This document shows, one piece after another, positions 29,667-39,709 of a stretch of 64,000 nucleotides of DNA. Both the position numbers and the translations under genes were made by a program. The DNA is from Sedimentisphaerales bacterium. GTDB lineage: Bacteria > Planctomycetota > Phycisphaerae > Sedimentisphaerales > Anaerobacaceae. The notes beneath the pieces were generated by a model. The model searched no databases, was not told where the DNA came from, and worked only from the letters and a program-made list of their open reading frames with translations. Positions within the stretch are counted from its first letter, which is position 1, and each line of letters starts with the position of its first letter. Where the stretch lies: contig JAXGYC010000010.1 in assembly GCA_040772485.1 (NCBI GenBank), forward strand, positions 96,001 to 160,000, given 5' to 3'.

Positions 29667-29781
29667 TCACCAGATTTTCCAGCTTTCGCTGGATGTGAAG
29701 CTTGGGTCGGGCCCCTCACGGCACGTCGCTGGGCTGGGCCGAAACTGACGGCGCGCCCCGACCGGGTCCGTGAGAGTCTCC
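29619..29781 (-). ncRNA. Candidate ~163-nt structured small RNA (unassigned)
   Basis: Minus-strand TTGGCA-N17-TAGACT promoter (29788-29816), GAAA-tetraloop hairpin, and a 12-bp terminator stem with an 8-U tail. No plausible ORF inside. Confidence 0.55.
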
Positions 29782-29890
29782 AAAGAAAGTCTACTCTATG
29801 TTCGGCGCGATGCCAAACGGACAGGGAAAATGCGGTGGGAACTCATGCTTCGAGGAAACCAAGTCAGCGACAGGGCAATCGGATCGGGTC

Positions 29891-30157
29891 TTACCACACA
29901 GCGGCGTAGTCGCAGCGGGCGATGGTAAAGCCGTCCTCCCACCCCTTCTTGTAGTGATTGTCCTGTTCGTACCGGGCGGTATCGCGTGTGAACCGGTAGA
30001 AGGGATGGCCGATGGTATGGCATCCGGCCGAGTACCCGTCGACGTAGCCGTCGACGTACTCCGGCGCATATCCGGCGGCAATCAGCCCCTTGCGATTTGT
30101 TGGACTACAGCCTGCGACAAGAGCAACCAAGAGCAACGCAACCACGACCGTCTTCAT
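29891..30157 (-). CDS. Small lipoprotein
   Basis: Lipobox LVAGC; Y-x-DG-Y-x-DG and Y-x-x-GW-x-DG motifs; 88 aa. Confidence 0.75.
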   Translation of the reverse strand: MKTVVVALLLVALVAGCSPTNRKGLIAAGYAPEYVDGYVDGYSAGCHTIGHPFYRFTRDTARYEQDNHYKKGWEDGFTIARCDYAAVW

Positions 30158-30636
30158 AATGCACTGCACTCCCGGCCAACCACGCAACCATGCCTTGTGG
30201 GCAATCACTCTTCCCTCGCTGCCACTACCCCGACCAGGACAATATTATACCCAAGCCGGCGACGAAATGCAAGCACAAAACGCTCATATCAGTACTATTA
30301 TGACAGATTTTACGCGACAGGCAGGCGGATAGCACACTCAGCCGGCTTCCCGGGCAGGTGACGGCGTCCCTTCGGGCCTCCAGCGGACGATCGGCAGCCG
30401 ACCTCACCGCTGTCTCGGCCTTGACAGGGCCCTTCGAAGCACTATCCAGAAGAATGATATAGGACCAGCAGAGAAGAGAAAGGGCGGGCGACGGCCGGTC
30501 TTCCACGGGCGCCGCTTCTGTACAGAAACCCGGCGAAGTGCCGGCGGATTCATCTTTTTGGCTTGCGTTGATCGCGGCTTCCGAGAGAATACCGGCACGG
30601 GTTTCAGCCACCAGGTCGCGGGCCGAACGGCTGCGC

Positions 30637-32328
30637 ATGGACAGCTCAGGACTCAAGGACGCCTTGCAGACGAAGACCATCACCAGGATTGCCGGAGCGT
30701 CGGCGGTCTTTGCGACCGTGTGCGTTCTGGCGGCATGGCTTGCCCCCGCTGACGGATCCGGCCCCCACGCCGCATGGTACAGCATCGTCCCGCCCGTGCT
30801 GGCCATCGTGCTGGCCTTCCTGACACACCATGTCATGGTCAGCCTGGGCATCGCCATCCTTGTCGGAGGCTTCCTCGCCAGCGTCCCGCAGGCCCCTGCC
30901 AGCGGCCACGCATGGAGCCAGGGCATTGCCGCGACCGCATCGTATGTGGCCCAGACGGTCTCAACCGGCACGAACCTGCTGATCCTTTCTTTCATCCCGC
31001 CGATCTTCACGATGGTGGAGATCATCGTCGCCTCGGGAGGCTTCGCCGGCATCGTGGTCTGGCTGCTCAAGCGCGTGCGAAGCAAGAAATCGGCTCAACT
31101 GGCGACTGCCGCGATGGGGGTGGTCTGTTTCATCGACGACTACGCCAACGCGATCATCGTCGGCTCGATGATGCAGCCGATCACCGATCGTTTTCGAACC
31201 AGCCGGGCCAAGCTCGCGTTCCTCGTCGATGCCACCAGCGCCCCGGTCTCGGGACTGGCGGTAGTGAGCACGTGGATCGCCTACGAGGTCGGGCTCTTCG
31301 CTGATGTCAGCACACAGCTCGGCATGGACAAGTCCGGCTATGCCATGTTCTTCGACGCTCTGAGCTCGCGGTTCTACTGCCTGCTGATGCTGTTCTTCAT
31401 CTTCGCGCAAATCCTTATCGGCAAGGAATTTGGCCCAATGCGAGCGGCGGAGACTCTGGCGGCCGACGCAGGCGGCGGTCCCAAACCTCAGACGGTTGAG
31501 CCGAATGTCGCGCCGCGCTCCTCTGGCAAGGCCATCAACGCCCTGCTGCCCCTCGGCGGACTGGTCGCCTTCCACATGACGGGCCTGTGGCTCGACGGAG
31601 GCGGACCTGCGAAGCTGGCCGATGGAGGCTCACCCCTGAGCTGGGACTACTGGCGGCAGGTCATCAGCGCCTCGGAGAACAGTCATCTGATGCTCATGTG
31701 CGCCGCCCTGTTCGGGATCGTCCTGGCGACGCTGTGCGGAAGACTGTCGGGTTCGCTGGCGGTGTCGGCCCTGCCCGGCTGCGTCTACCGCGGCGTCAAA
31801 CGCGCCCTGCTGCCCTCGATCGTCCTGATCCTCGCCTGGTCGCTCAAGCACTGCTGCCAGAGCCTGAACACCGGCGACTTCCTGACCAGCCTTCTGGCGG
31901 ATCGCATTCCGCCGCACTGGTTCCCTCCCCTGCTGTTCGTCGTGGCCTCGATGACCTCGTTCGCGACGGGAACAAGCTGGGGCACGATGGCCATCCTGAT
32001 CCCCACGGCCATCCCTATCGCCTTCGCCCTCGACGGGAACTCGTACGGACTGACGACAATGGTCAGCCTCGGCGCCGTTCTGGACGGCGCTATCTTCGGA
32101 GACCATTGCTCCCCGATCTCCGACACCACGATCATCAGCTCGGTGGCCAGCTCTTGCGACCTCATCCAGCACGTCCGCACGCAGTTGCCCTACAGCCTCG
32201 TCGTCGCCGCGATCGCTCTATCCGGTGCGTATATCCCCTGTAGCCTGGGGTTGGCGTCGATCTGGGGTCTGGCGCTGGGCGCGGTGGCCGTCCTGGCCGT
32301 GCTGCTGCTCGTGGGCCGGCGGCTCTGA
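30637..32328 (+). CDS. Na+/H+ antiporter NhaC family (amino-acid transporter-like) protein
   Basis: FIDDYAN, DATSAP, FATGTSWGTM, GDHCSPISDTT and HVRTQLPY motifs. Confidence 0.9.
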   Translation: MDSSGLKDALQTKTITRIAGASAVFATVCVLAAWLAPADGSGPHAAWYSIVPPVLAIVLAFLTHHVMVSLGIAILVGGFLASVPQAPASGHAWSQGIAATASYVAQTVSTGTNLLILSFIPPIFTMVEIIVASGGFAGIVVWLLKRVRSKKSAQLATAAMGVVCFIDDYANAIIVGSMMQPITDRFRTSRAKLAFLVDATSAPVSGLAVVSTWIAYEVGLFADVSTQLGMDKSGYAMFFDALSSRFYCLLMLFFIFAQILIGKEFGPMRAAETLAADAGGGPKPQTVEPNVAPRSSGKAINALLPLGGLVAFHMTGLWLDGGGPAKLADGGSPLSWDYWRQVISASENSHLMLMCAALFGIVLATLCGRLSGSLAVSALPGCVYRGVKRALLPSIVLILAWSLKHCCQSLNTGDFLTSLLADRIPPHWFPPLLFVVASMTSFATGTSWGTMAILIPTAIPIAFALDGNSYGLTTMVSLGAVLDGAIFGDHCSPISDTTIISSVASSCDLIQHVRTQLPYSLVVAAIALSGAYIPCSLGLASIWGLALGAVAVLAVLLLVGRRL

Positions 32329-32331
32329 GCG

Positions 32332-34056
32332 CTATCGCGCCGGGCGAACAGGTGGCACGTAGGCAGGAGCCTCTTTCGGGTAGAACTCGCGACCGAATAC
32401 GCCCGCCACGGCGTCGTTGAGATACTGAAGAGAGAAGTAAACGTTGCCGTGCGCCCCCTGCCGCTGGCAGAGCCGGTGCTGCTCGCGGATCAAGCCGAAG
32501 TCCCGCGTGACGGTCCGACCGTCTTGCGTGTCGTAGATAGACAAGCCTGGAATGATCCGGGTCAGGTGCGGATCGATCCGCTTCCACTGGGCAATCTCCT
32601 GGCCCAACGTGTGCGTGTCGGCGGCGTGCGCCATCGGAACGACGTAATCGATGGTCCCCTCCCTGAGCCAGCGGGGCCAGTCCTGGTAGGCCTTCTGGGC
32701 TGACTCAATGGAGCTGAAGACCGCGGCGGTGACCTGGGCCTTGGGCCTGGTCGCCTTGGCGCGACGATAGACGTCGCGGACCAGCTCGGTGACGCCCTGC
32801 ATGCGGAACTGGGCCCACTTCTCGGCCCGGGCCTTCTCCTTCTTGAGGTCGATGCGGTGTTCGCCTCGCGGCACCAGCGGGCTGCGGCCGGCGGACCGGA
32901 TGACCTCGTCGCGGTGCACGTAGCGGCCGGGCTTGGCGAAGCCCGTGATCCGGCGCATGGCCGGCAAGTGCATCGACTTGACGGGACCGTCCAGCATCAG
33001 CACCTGTCCGCCTCGCTTGACGAACGCTTCGATGTCTTCTGCTGCCTTCTCCTCGATGATGTAAACCGCCGGCAGCACCAGCACGCTGCCGGCCGACAGC
33101 GTCGCGACGCGGCCGACGTCGATCGTGGCGGGCCTGTGGCCAAGCCGCGTCAGGGCGGTCCTCGCGGCGTCCAGCGAACTCGTCCCGTACTCGGCCTTCG
33201 TCGCGTCGGTCGTAGCGAGGCAGACCTTCCCGCCGCCCGTCGTCCAGACGCCCAGCGTCAGGCGAACCGTCTCGGAGACTGCCGGCGGCATTTCGTTCTC
33301 CGCATGCCAGTTAAGCAGCAGCACGCTGCCGGCCCCCAGCTTGTTCAGGGCGATGGCAGGCGAGCCGTCGGAGAACTCCGCCAGGACCGCCGCCGTCGTC
33401 GGCGACGCCAGCAGGTTCGCGGACATGCCCGCCACGACCGTGGGGAACGTCGTACGCCTGGCCCCTGTCATCGGCTCGAAGCCATATCGTTTGGCGAACT
33501 CGTTCTGGCAGTGGTCGCAGTAGCACTGCTTGGGGCCGTAGCGGATGTAGTCGAAATGGAGCCCGTCGAGATCGTACTTCCTGAGGCACTCGATCATCAG
33601 ATCGCTCTGGAACCGCCGGACCTCGGGCTTGCCGAAATCGTACCACAGGCTTCCGCCCGCCCCTTCGTCGACCGCCCAGTCGGGATGCTCGTCGAGGACG
33701 TGCCGGGGCTGCGCGGCGCCGTAGGCGCCGTTGACGAACCAGGCGTGGACCTGGATCCCGCGCTTGTGACACTGCTTGACCATGTGGCCCAGCGGGTCGT
33801 AGCCCGCCTGGACGCCATCACCCATCGGACACAGCTCGCTCTCGAAGAACGCCTGGCCGCCCCAGTACCACACGAGAAGGAAGACCGCGTTGAGGTTGGC
33901 CTTGTCGATCCTCGCGACCAGCGCATCGGCCTCGCCCGGCGTCTTGATCTGCGTCGCGTGCATCCAGATCCCGCGCAACTCAGGACCCGGCGCAGCGCCG
34001 GCCGTCGCCGACAGCCCCATCGACAACAGCATCGCCCATCGCAGCAGTCGGCGCAT
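32332..34056 (-). CDS. Secreted glycoside hydrolase, GHL10 (family 10-like) with inserted domain
   Basis: Signal peptide; ELRGIW, GIQVHAWF, DGLHFDYIRY, QDWPRWL and DYVVPM motifs. Confidence 0.85.
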   Translation of the reverse strand: MRRLLRWAMLLSMGLSATAGAAPGPELRGIWMHATQIKTPGEADALVARIDKANLNAVFLLVWYWGGQAFFESELCPMGDGVQAGYDPLGHMVKQCHKRGIQVHAWFVNGAYGAAQPRHVLDEHPDWAVDEGAGGSLWYDFGKPEVRRFQSDLMIECLRKYDLDGLHFDYIRYGPKQCYCDHCQNEFAKRYGFEPMTGARRTTFPTVVAGMSANLLASPTTAAVLAEFSDGSPAIALNKLGAGSVLLLNWHAENEMPPAVSETVRLTLGVWTTGGGKVCLATTDATKAEYGTSSLDAARTALTRLGHRPATIDVGRVATLSAGSVLVLPAVYIIEEKAAEDIEAFVKRGGQVLMLDGPVKSMHLPAMRRITGFAKPGRYVHRDEVIRSAGRSPLVPRGEHRIDLKKEKARAEKWAQFRMQGVTELVRDVYRRAKATRPKAQVTAAVFSSIESAQKAYQDWPRWLREGTIDYVVPMAHAADTHTLGQEIAQWKRIDPHLTRIIPGLSIYDTQDGRTVTRDFGLIREQHRLCQRQGAHGNVYFSLQYLNDAVAGVFGREFYPKEAPAYVPPVRPAR

Positions 34057-34177
34057 GTCGCAGTTCCCTTCCCTTGGCATTCGCATCAATCCACAAGACC
34101 CCGGCCCGAACCCCACTGCCCCCTCTTTCGACCACACCCGGTCCCTTTCTTGAGCGAAACAGTCATTCGGTCGCCGT

Positions 34178-34221
34178 CCCATTCGACAAGCTCAGAGCCT
34201 GCCCAAGCAGCATTGAACGGG
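34178..34221. repeat. Degenerate TTCGACAAGCTCAG-type intergenic palindromic element
   Basis: CCCATTCGACAAGCTCAG...TTGAACGGG resembles a widespread REP-like family (recalled, not searched). Single copy in this window. Confidence 0.35.
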
Positions 34222-34241
34222 CCACGTTCCTCTCCCTGGTG

Positions 34242-35459
34242 TCACTCGGCTACCTTGAAGACAAACCGTCTCGGATTGTTCTGCTGGCCCCAGTCAATGG
34301 CGGGGGCACGACAGGTGAGAGAGAATCCCTCATCGGTCACGCGGTATTCGAAGTCTTGGCCGCTGTAAGGGTCCTTCGGCAAGCCGGCAGGAAGCCCCTG
34401 CGGCAATTCGCCGGTTGTCGCCCTGATGCGATAGATCGGAATCGCCGCCTGGACGGCGTGGGCGAGAGCCAACTCATTGACGTGCAGCCGGTAATAGGGT
34501 TCCACGAGCCCAACGGCGGCTGCCACGAGAATGATGGCATCGCCCGCCTCCATGTCCGCAACGAGTTCCTCCTTGAGCTGCACGATCTGCTTGTGCTTGC
34601 CGTGATAGGATTCGTCGCTTTCGAGTACCGCAATGACCGAATCAACGAACCGCTTGTAGACCTGCCGCACATGGTCAAATACCTGTTCGGGCGCGGTTGC
34701 ACTTTCGATCAGCTTCTCGGCAGTGTCACCTTCCCGCATTCGATAGGTTTCAAGCTCTATACGGAGGGCTTGTCTCCAGTCAGAGTGCAGGGCCATCGAT
34801 GCCTGTAGCGAGGCAACCTGCATATCGTACCACTTCGTCAGTGTCTCGCTGGGCTGCCACTGCCGATCTTCGGCCAGTTCAGACTCCAGCGATTTGAGCC
34901 GATCCGTGTCCAGCGGCATCCTGCAGAGAAGATACCGGGCCACTCCGAAAGTTTCATTGTCCACCGTGAGAGATGAGACCCACCTGAAATACGTATCGTC
35001 TCCGATGTGGCGGCCAAGCCGACGCAGCGCTGCAATGGTCTCTAAGGCCTCAGAGTACTGACCGTTTGTCGCAAGTATCGTCGCCTGGGCCGCGAGAACA
35101 CGGCCGAGCGACTCCGGGCCATGGCCCAGCGCTTCATCCGGATTCCAGCGCCCCGAGACCCACAATCCCCAGTCGCACTCGCGTATGCGAGTCCCCGCCA
35201 TGGTCAGATCGATCACGAGGCGATACTCGTTCCCGCTGAGAAGCTTCGTCTCCTCTGCAAGGTGGTTCTCGTCGTGTGCTCTGGCCAGGCCCCAGGGCAG
35301 GGGCAACCCCGACCGCGCCAGACATGCCTGGTAATACAGCAGTGCTGCGTTGTCAGGAGTGCTGGGTGAGGCAAGCACTTCACCACACGAACCGCACAGG
35401 ACCAGAGCCCCAACGACGCACACCATGATCTTGATTCTGCGGTTGCTGGCTGACCTCAT
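34242..35459 (-). CDS. Hypothetical secreted protein with C-terminal GspG-like DP-Y/F motif
   Basis: N-terminal hydrophobic helix, DNAALLY motif, and C-terminal GELPQGL...LPKDPYSGQDFEY. AGGAG RBS. Confidence 0.7.
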   Translation of the reverse strand: MRSASNRRIKIMVCVVGALVLCGSCGEVLASPSTPDNAALLYYQACLARSGLPLPWGLARAHDENHLAEETKLLSGNEYRLVIDLTMAGTRIRECDWGLWVSGRWNPDEALGHGPESLGRVLAAQATILATNGQYSEALETIAALRRLGRHIGDDTYFRWVSSLTVDNETFGVARYLLCRMPLDTDRLKSLESELAEDRQWQPSETLTKWYDMQVASLQASMALHSDWRQALRIELETYRMREGDTAEKLIESATAPEQVFDHVRQVYKRFVDSVIAVLESDESYHGKHKQIVQLKEELVADMEAGDAIILVAAAVGLVEPYYRLHVNELALAHAVQAAIPIYRIRATTGELPQGLPAGLPKDPYSGQDFEYRVTDEGFSLTCRAPAIDWGQQNNPRRFVFKVAE

Positions 35460-35703
35460 ACCTGTCTCCTCTCTCGTCAGGATCTTCGTATCTCGAAACA
35501 CGCTGTCTGTTGCCGAGTCGTGTGGGATGCGCCCGGGCCCACGAACTATCCGCGCGAACCACTCGGCGTCGCCACGGGGCGTCGTGACAATGGGGCGAAC
35601 TGTGGAAACGTGTCGGCGCATTGGCTTCCCTTCGCACATTTGCGATACACGCTACAGGGAAGCCCCGGCGGCGTCAAGGGCAGTCCTCGCCGAGCGGCGG
35701 GGA

Positions 35704-36465
35704 TCAGTTCTTTTCGAGGGGGTCGTACCAGCGTTTGGGGACTTCCTCGCCGTTGTTCTCGTTCATGCTGGTGACGTGGCCGTCGAGCCAGAGGATGTTG
35801 AGGGTGCCGCCGGTCTCGAAGTTCCCCGACCGTCGGATGTTGTGCCGGAAGATGCCGCGGTACCAGTTGTCGCGCCCACCGCCTTGCCGATAATGCGTCA
35901 GGTTGACGCCCCCGGGGTTGGCATAGAGCATGTCTGCCGTGGAATTCTCGATCCGCGGCTCCATGTGGTCGTGGGCCATGATGACCTCGGAGTGCCGGGG
36001 GATGCGGATCGTGTTCTCCTTGGTCAGCCAGCCGTTGCCGGCATAGGCCGAGGTGTAGATCAGCTTGTGGTCCCCGCCGTACAGCAGGTCTTTCGCCAGC
36101 GTCTCGCAAAAATTGCGGAACGCCGCACAGCCGAAAACCTCACGCTCTTTGGTGTACTCGTAGAAAGCGATCCCCCAATACGCCATATCGGCCCCGGCCT
36201 TGAGGGGATTGCCGGCGGCGTCCCACCACAGGTGCCCGTTCGTGTTGCCGGTGTGCGTGTGAAAATCGGGCATCTTGAACTCGTTGTCCTGGAGGTACAT
36301 CATGATGCCCAGGCCGACCCCCTTGAGGTTGGCCCGGCAGGCCTGGTCGCGGGCCTGGTCCTTGACCCGGGCCAGCGCGGGCATGAGAATGGCCATGAGA
36401 ACAGCAATGATCGAGATGACAACCAGCAGCTCAATGAGGGTGAAGGCTCGTGGGGTGCGCGTCAT
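35704..36465 (-). CDS. Prepilin-type N-terminal cleavage/methylation protein with H-X9-DG-like domain
   Basis: AFTLIELLVVISIIAVLMAILMPAL and C-terminal RH...NILWLDGHV. Confidence 0.9.
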   Translation of the reverse strand: MTRTPRAFTLIELLVVISIIAVLMAILMPALARVKDQARDQACRANLKGVGLGIMMYLQDNEFKMPDFHTHTGNTNGHLWWDAAGNPLKAGADMAYWGIAFYEYTKEREVFGCAAFRNFCETLAKDLLYGGDHKLIYTSAYAGNGWLTKENTIRIPRHSEVIMAHDHMEPRIENSTADMLYANPGGVNLTHYRQGGGRDNWYRGIFRHNIRRSGNFETGGTLNILWLDGHVTSMNENNGEEVPKRWYDPLEKN

Positions 36466-36651
36466 GATGTCGGATTCTCCTCAACGGAGGCCATCCGCAT
36501 CCTGACAGACAGCCATCCACATCAATGATAGTATTCCCCATCCCAGCCGCGTTGACACCCCCCATAATACACCAAGCGGCCTGCTCCGGCAAGCCGCTTG
36601 GCGAAAAGATCGAATTTCAGCCGAAATCGTTCGGCAGGCTGCCGACGAGAA

Positions 36652-39387
36652 CTACTTGCGGTCCTCCTCAGTCTGAGACGCGTTCTTGCCCTGCCACAGG
36701 CCCGCCGGCCGCACCTCGACCGAGTCCACGTAGATCTTCAGGGTGTGTCCCTTGATCGCCGTGTCGAGCAGGAGGTCCTGCTGCCGGCGACTCCACTGGA
36801 ACGGTCCATCCATCTGGACGTCCACGCGATCGGGATACGCCGAGTCGTCGATCGTCGCGGCACCGTCCAGCTCGAACTCGGTGGCGACACCGGTCAGGTT
36901 CACGTCGAACTTGCCCCCATCTACAACTCCCGAACCCATGATTCGATACGTGTCGTCATCCGAGGCCTCTTCCGCGCCGGCAGCCGTCGGGAACGACATG
37001 CTCCTGGACTCGATCGCGTACTGGCCTCTCGGCGCCAGAGCATCGAAGAACCCGTTGAGCGACAGCGCCACCGGCAGATCGACCACTCCCGCGCCGGCGA
37101 GGGTAACGGTGGTGGCGTGCTCGACGAATTGGCTTTCGATGTGGAACTCGGTCATTTCGGCCGTCATCGCCTCGAAGTCCACGGTCAATTGCATACGTCC
37201 GGCCGCCGGCGTGAATGCGATGGTCGCGTTGTCCAGACGGGCCTCCTGGCCATCAACGTAAGCCTTCAACTGGACGATGAAGGAAGCAGCGTCGCTTCCG
37301 CCGGTCAGCGCGTAGACCGTAGCGGAGTCGGATGGCGTCGGTGTCTCCGGGTCCTCGGTTTCGCCCGGCTCGTTGAAGGCATACCAGACCACGCCTTCGA
37401 AGGCCCACATGGCAGTGTTGGCGCGGTACTGCTCCTTCTCGGTCTCGTCGATGGTGTAGAAGTGACCGCCGAGCCGATCCGACCAGAAGCGATACACCGG
37501 CTTGGTCCCTTGCGGCTGGCTGCCCTCGGGGTACGCGTAGAACGCGATGCCTTCGAACGCCCACACATCCGAGGTGTACTGCGTCAGGAGGCGATTCTTC
37601 TCACTCTCGCTGATGGTGTAGAGATGGCTGGAGAGCTTCGCCGACCAGAATCGATAGACCGGCTTGAGTGTGGCGACCACGGCGCTGCGGTAGACGTAGT
37701 ATGCCGTGCCTTCGAACTGCCACGGACCGGAGGTCTGGCCGATCAGGTTGTCTTTCTCGCTTTCGCTGGCCGTGTACAGGTACTTGTTGGTCTGGCGCGA
37801 ACGGAACCGATAGACGGGCACGAGGTTCTGGGACTCGTGGGCGCCCATATCCGCCGCCGCATCGGCGACGCGAGTCCTTCCATCGAGATCGGTCTCACCG
37901 GCGATGGACGCGTACTCGGGATCGGCCGCGTCGATACAGGGCGAGGCATCCGACAGATGGTAGTCGCCGCTGACCCAGACCGCATCGGGATCGTCAGCCC
38001 CGGCGGCCACTTCCGGATCGCGCGGGTCGGCCCAGTACCCCGCCTCAGCGAAGTGCGGATCGGCGGAGATGTTGCTGCGGCTATCGAGACACGTGTTGTC
38101 TTCGATGTCGCAATAGAGCACATTGGCACAGTCCTGGCCGGCGATCTGGTCCGAGACGTTGTCCCACAGAATCGAGTTGGTGACAACTGTCTGCGCGGTA
38201 CAGGCCACGCCCCCGCCGGAACCCGATGCCACGGTCTTGCCGTCGACGATTTGCCCGAACGCGGCGTTGCCGACGATGGTGCAGAAGTCGATGACGCCGG
38301 AGGAGCAGTAGACGCCCCCGCCACGACCGGCCAGCGCGGCAACCGCCGAATCGTCGCCGTTGGCCAATCCCGCGCGGTTGCCGGCGATCAGACTGCTTCG
38401 CATGTCCAGCGAATCCTGGCAAAACAGGCCGCCCCCGTGACCACCCAAGCCGCCCAAGCCCTTGGTTCCGATGGTGCTGTCTCCGCCGGTCCCGGCCCGG
38501 TTGGCCTCGATGACGGTCGCGGCAATCGTGGCACGCGAGCAATAGATGCCCGCGCCGTGGCCGCCCTGGCCGCCCTGAGACCCGCTGCCGCCCCGGCCGC
38601 AGGAGTTGTCGGCGATCGTGGAATCCGTCACCAGGAGCGAATCGCTGTGGATGCCGGCGCCATCGCCGCCGCGTCCGGCAAGCACCTCGGAATTGCCTCC
38701 GGCGCCGGTTGCGTTCTCCGAAATGGTCGAATCGGACACGGACAAGAGCGAGCTGACGGAGTAAATGCCCGCGCCGTCACCACCGGCGCCGGCCAACGTG
38801 TCTCTCGAATCGGCGCCGGAACCCGTGGCATTGCCGCTGACCAGACACGCCACAACCTCGACGGTGGAAGCCTCGCAGTAGACGCCGCCGCCGGCCCCGC
38901 CGTCGGCCTGGCCTTTTTCCGAACCGGCCAGAGTGCCGTTGCCGACGATGCGGCAGTGCTCCAATGCCAGCGTGCTGTTCTGACAGTAGATCGCCCCACC
39001 GGCCGAAGCAAGCCCATTGGTGATCGTCAGACCGGCGATTTCACCTGCGAAATCGACCGCGTAGAAGCCGCGATGGGGATCGGACTCCGCGCCGGCACAA
39101 TCAATGATCGTCGCTTCGACGACCGCCGGGTCTTCGGGGTCGGTGCTCTGAATCCGGATGGCCTTGCGTTGCAGACTGATGTCCTGGTTGCCCCGGCCGG
39201 TATACGTGCCGGGCTGGATGATGACAACGTCACCGTCGGCACAGGCGTCGACCGCCGCCTGAATGTTCGAGAAGCCGGTCTTGCCGGTACCGTCCACATA
39301 GACCGTGGCGGCAGACAACGGACCGGAAACACTCACCAGACACGCCAGCACAACCAGTACAGACATACCACGGGGTCGGCAATACAT
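36652..39387 (-). CDS. Large secreted protein with parallel beta-helix repeats and three PVYRF repeats
   Basis: Signal peptide, IQAAVD, Gly-rich beta-helix repeats, DYHLSDASPCIDA / DLDG..R...DMGA and 3x PVYRF..HLYT repeats. Confidence 0.8.
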   Translation of the reverse strand: MYCRPRGMSVLVVLACLVSVSGPLSAATVYVDGTGKTGFSNIQAAVDACADGDVVIIQPGTYTGRGNQDISLQRKAIRIQSTDPEDPAVVEATIIDCAGAESDPHRGFYAVDFAGEIAGLTITNGLASAGGAIYCQNSTLALEHCRIVGNGTLAGSEKGQADGGAGGGVYCEASTVEVVACLVSGNATGSGADSRDTLAGAGGDGAGIYSVSSLLSVSDSTISENATGAGGNSEVLAGRGGDGAGIHSDSLLVTDSTIADNSCGRGGSGSQGGQGGHGAGIYCSRATIAATVIEANRAGTGGDSTIGTKGLGGLGGHGGGLFCQDSLDMRSSLIAGNRAGLANGDDSAVAALAGRGGGVYCSSGVIDFCTIVGNAAFGQIVDGKTVASGSGGGVACTAQTVVTNSILWDNVSDQIAGQDCANVLYCDIEDNTCLDSRSNISADPHFAEAGYWADPRDPEVAAGADDPDAVWVSGDYHLSDASPCIDAADPEYASIAGETDLDGRTRVADAAADMGAHESQNLVPVYRFRSRQTNKYLYTASESEKDNLIGQTSGPWQFEGTAYYVYRSAVVATLKPVYRFWSAKLSSHLYTISESEKNRLLTQYTSDVWAFEGIAFYAYPEGSQPQGTKPVYRFWSDRLGGHFYTIDETEKEQYRANTAMWAFEGVVWYAFNEPGETEDPETPTPSDSATVYALTGGSDAASFIVQLKAYVDGQEARLDNATIAFTPAAGRMQLTVDFEAMTAEMTEFHIESQFVEHATTVTLAGAGVVDLPVALSLNGFFDALAPRGQYAIESRSMSFPTAAGAEEASDDDTYRIMGSGVVDGGKFDVNLTGVATEFELDGAATIDDSAYPDRVDVQMDGPFQWSRRQQDLLLDTAIKGHTLKIYVDSVEVRPAGLWQGKNASQTEEDRK

Positions 39388-39709
39388 GCGTAACCCTCCT
39401 TCGAAAGATGCCCTGAAAGTCGGATGGTCAAAAAACTGAGATTAAGTGCCATCCCGCGTGAAGTTCGTAACGCCGTTTTTTGCGTTTTTCACCCCCAGAA
39501 AGCGGCGTCCCTGCGCACCGGCAGCCCGAACGGCGCCGTCCCCATCTCTGATCCCTGCTCCGGGAAAACAACGGAAGAGACCTTAGCTACCCACCTGGAT
39601 ATTGTAGCAAATCCATCCTTCTTTGTCCAGTTTTTTCGCCTGGAGGCGTCGGCTCCACCATAGGTCCGATAGTCAGCGTTCGACGTATCGGACCTGTGGC
39701 GCGGCGCGA

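Noticed and set aside
29619..29781. Assignment of the candidate RNA as HDV-like ribozyme, T-box, 6S or SRP
   Set aside because: It has no P4/J4-2 segment, no proper T-box sequence, no end-to-end 6S pairing and no SRP GGAAGGAAGCAG motif, so it is left unassigned.
36598..39393. 931-aa plus-strand ORF
   Set aside because: Antisense shadow of the beta-helix secreted protein.
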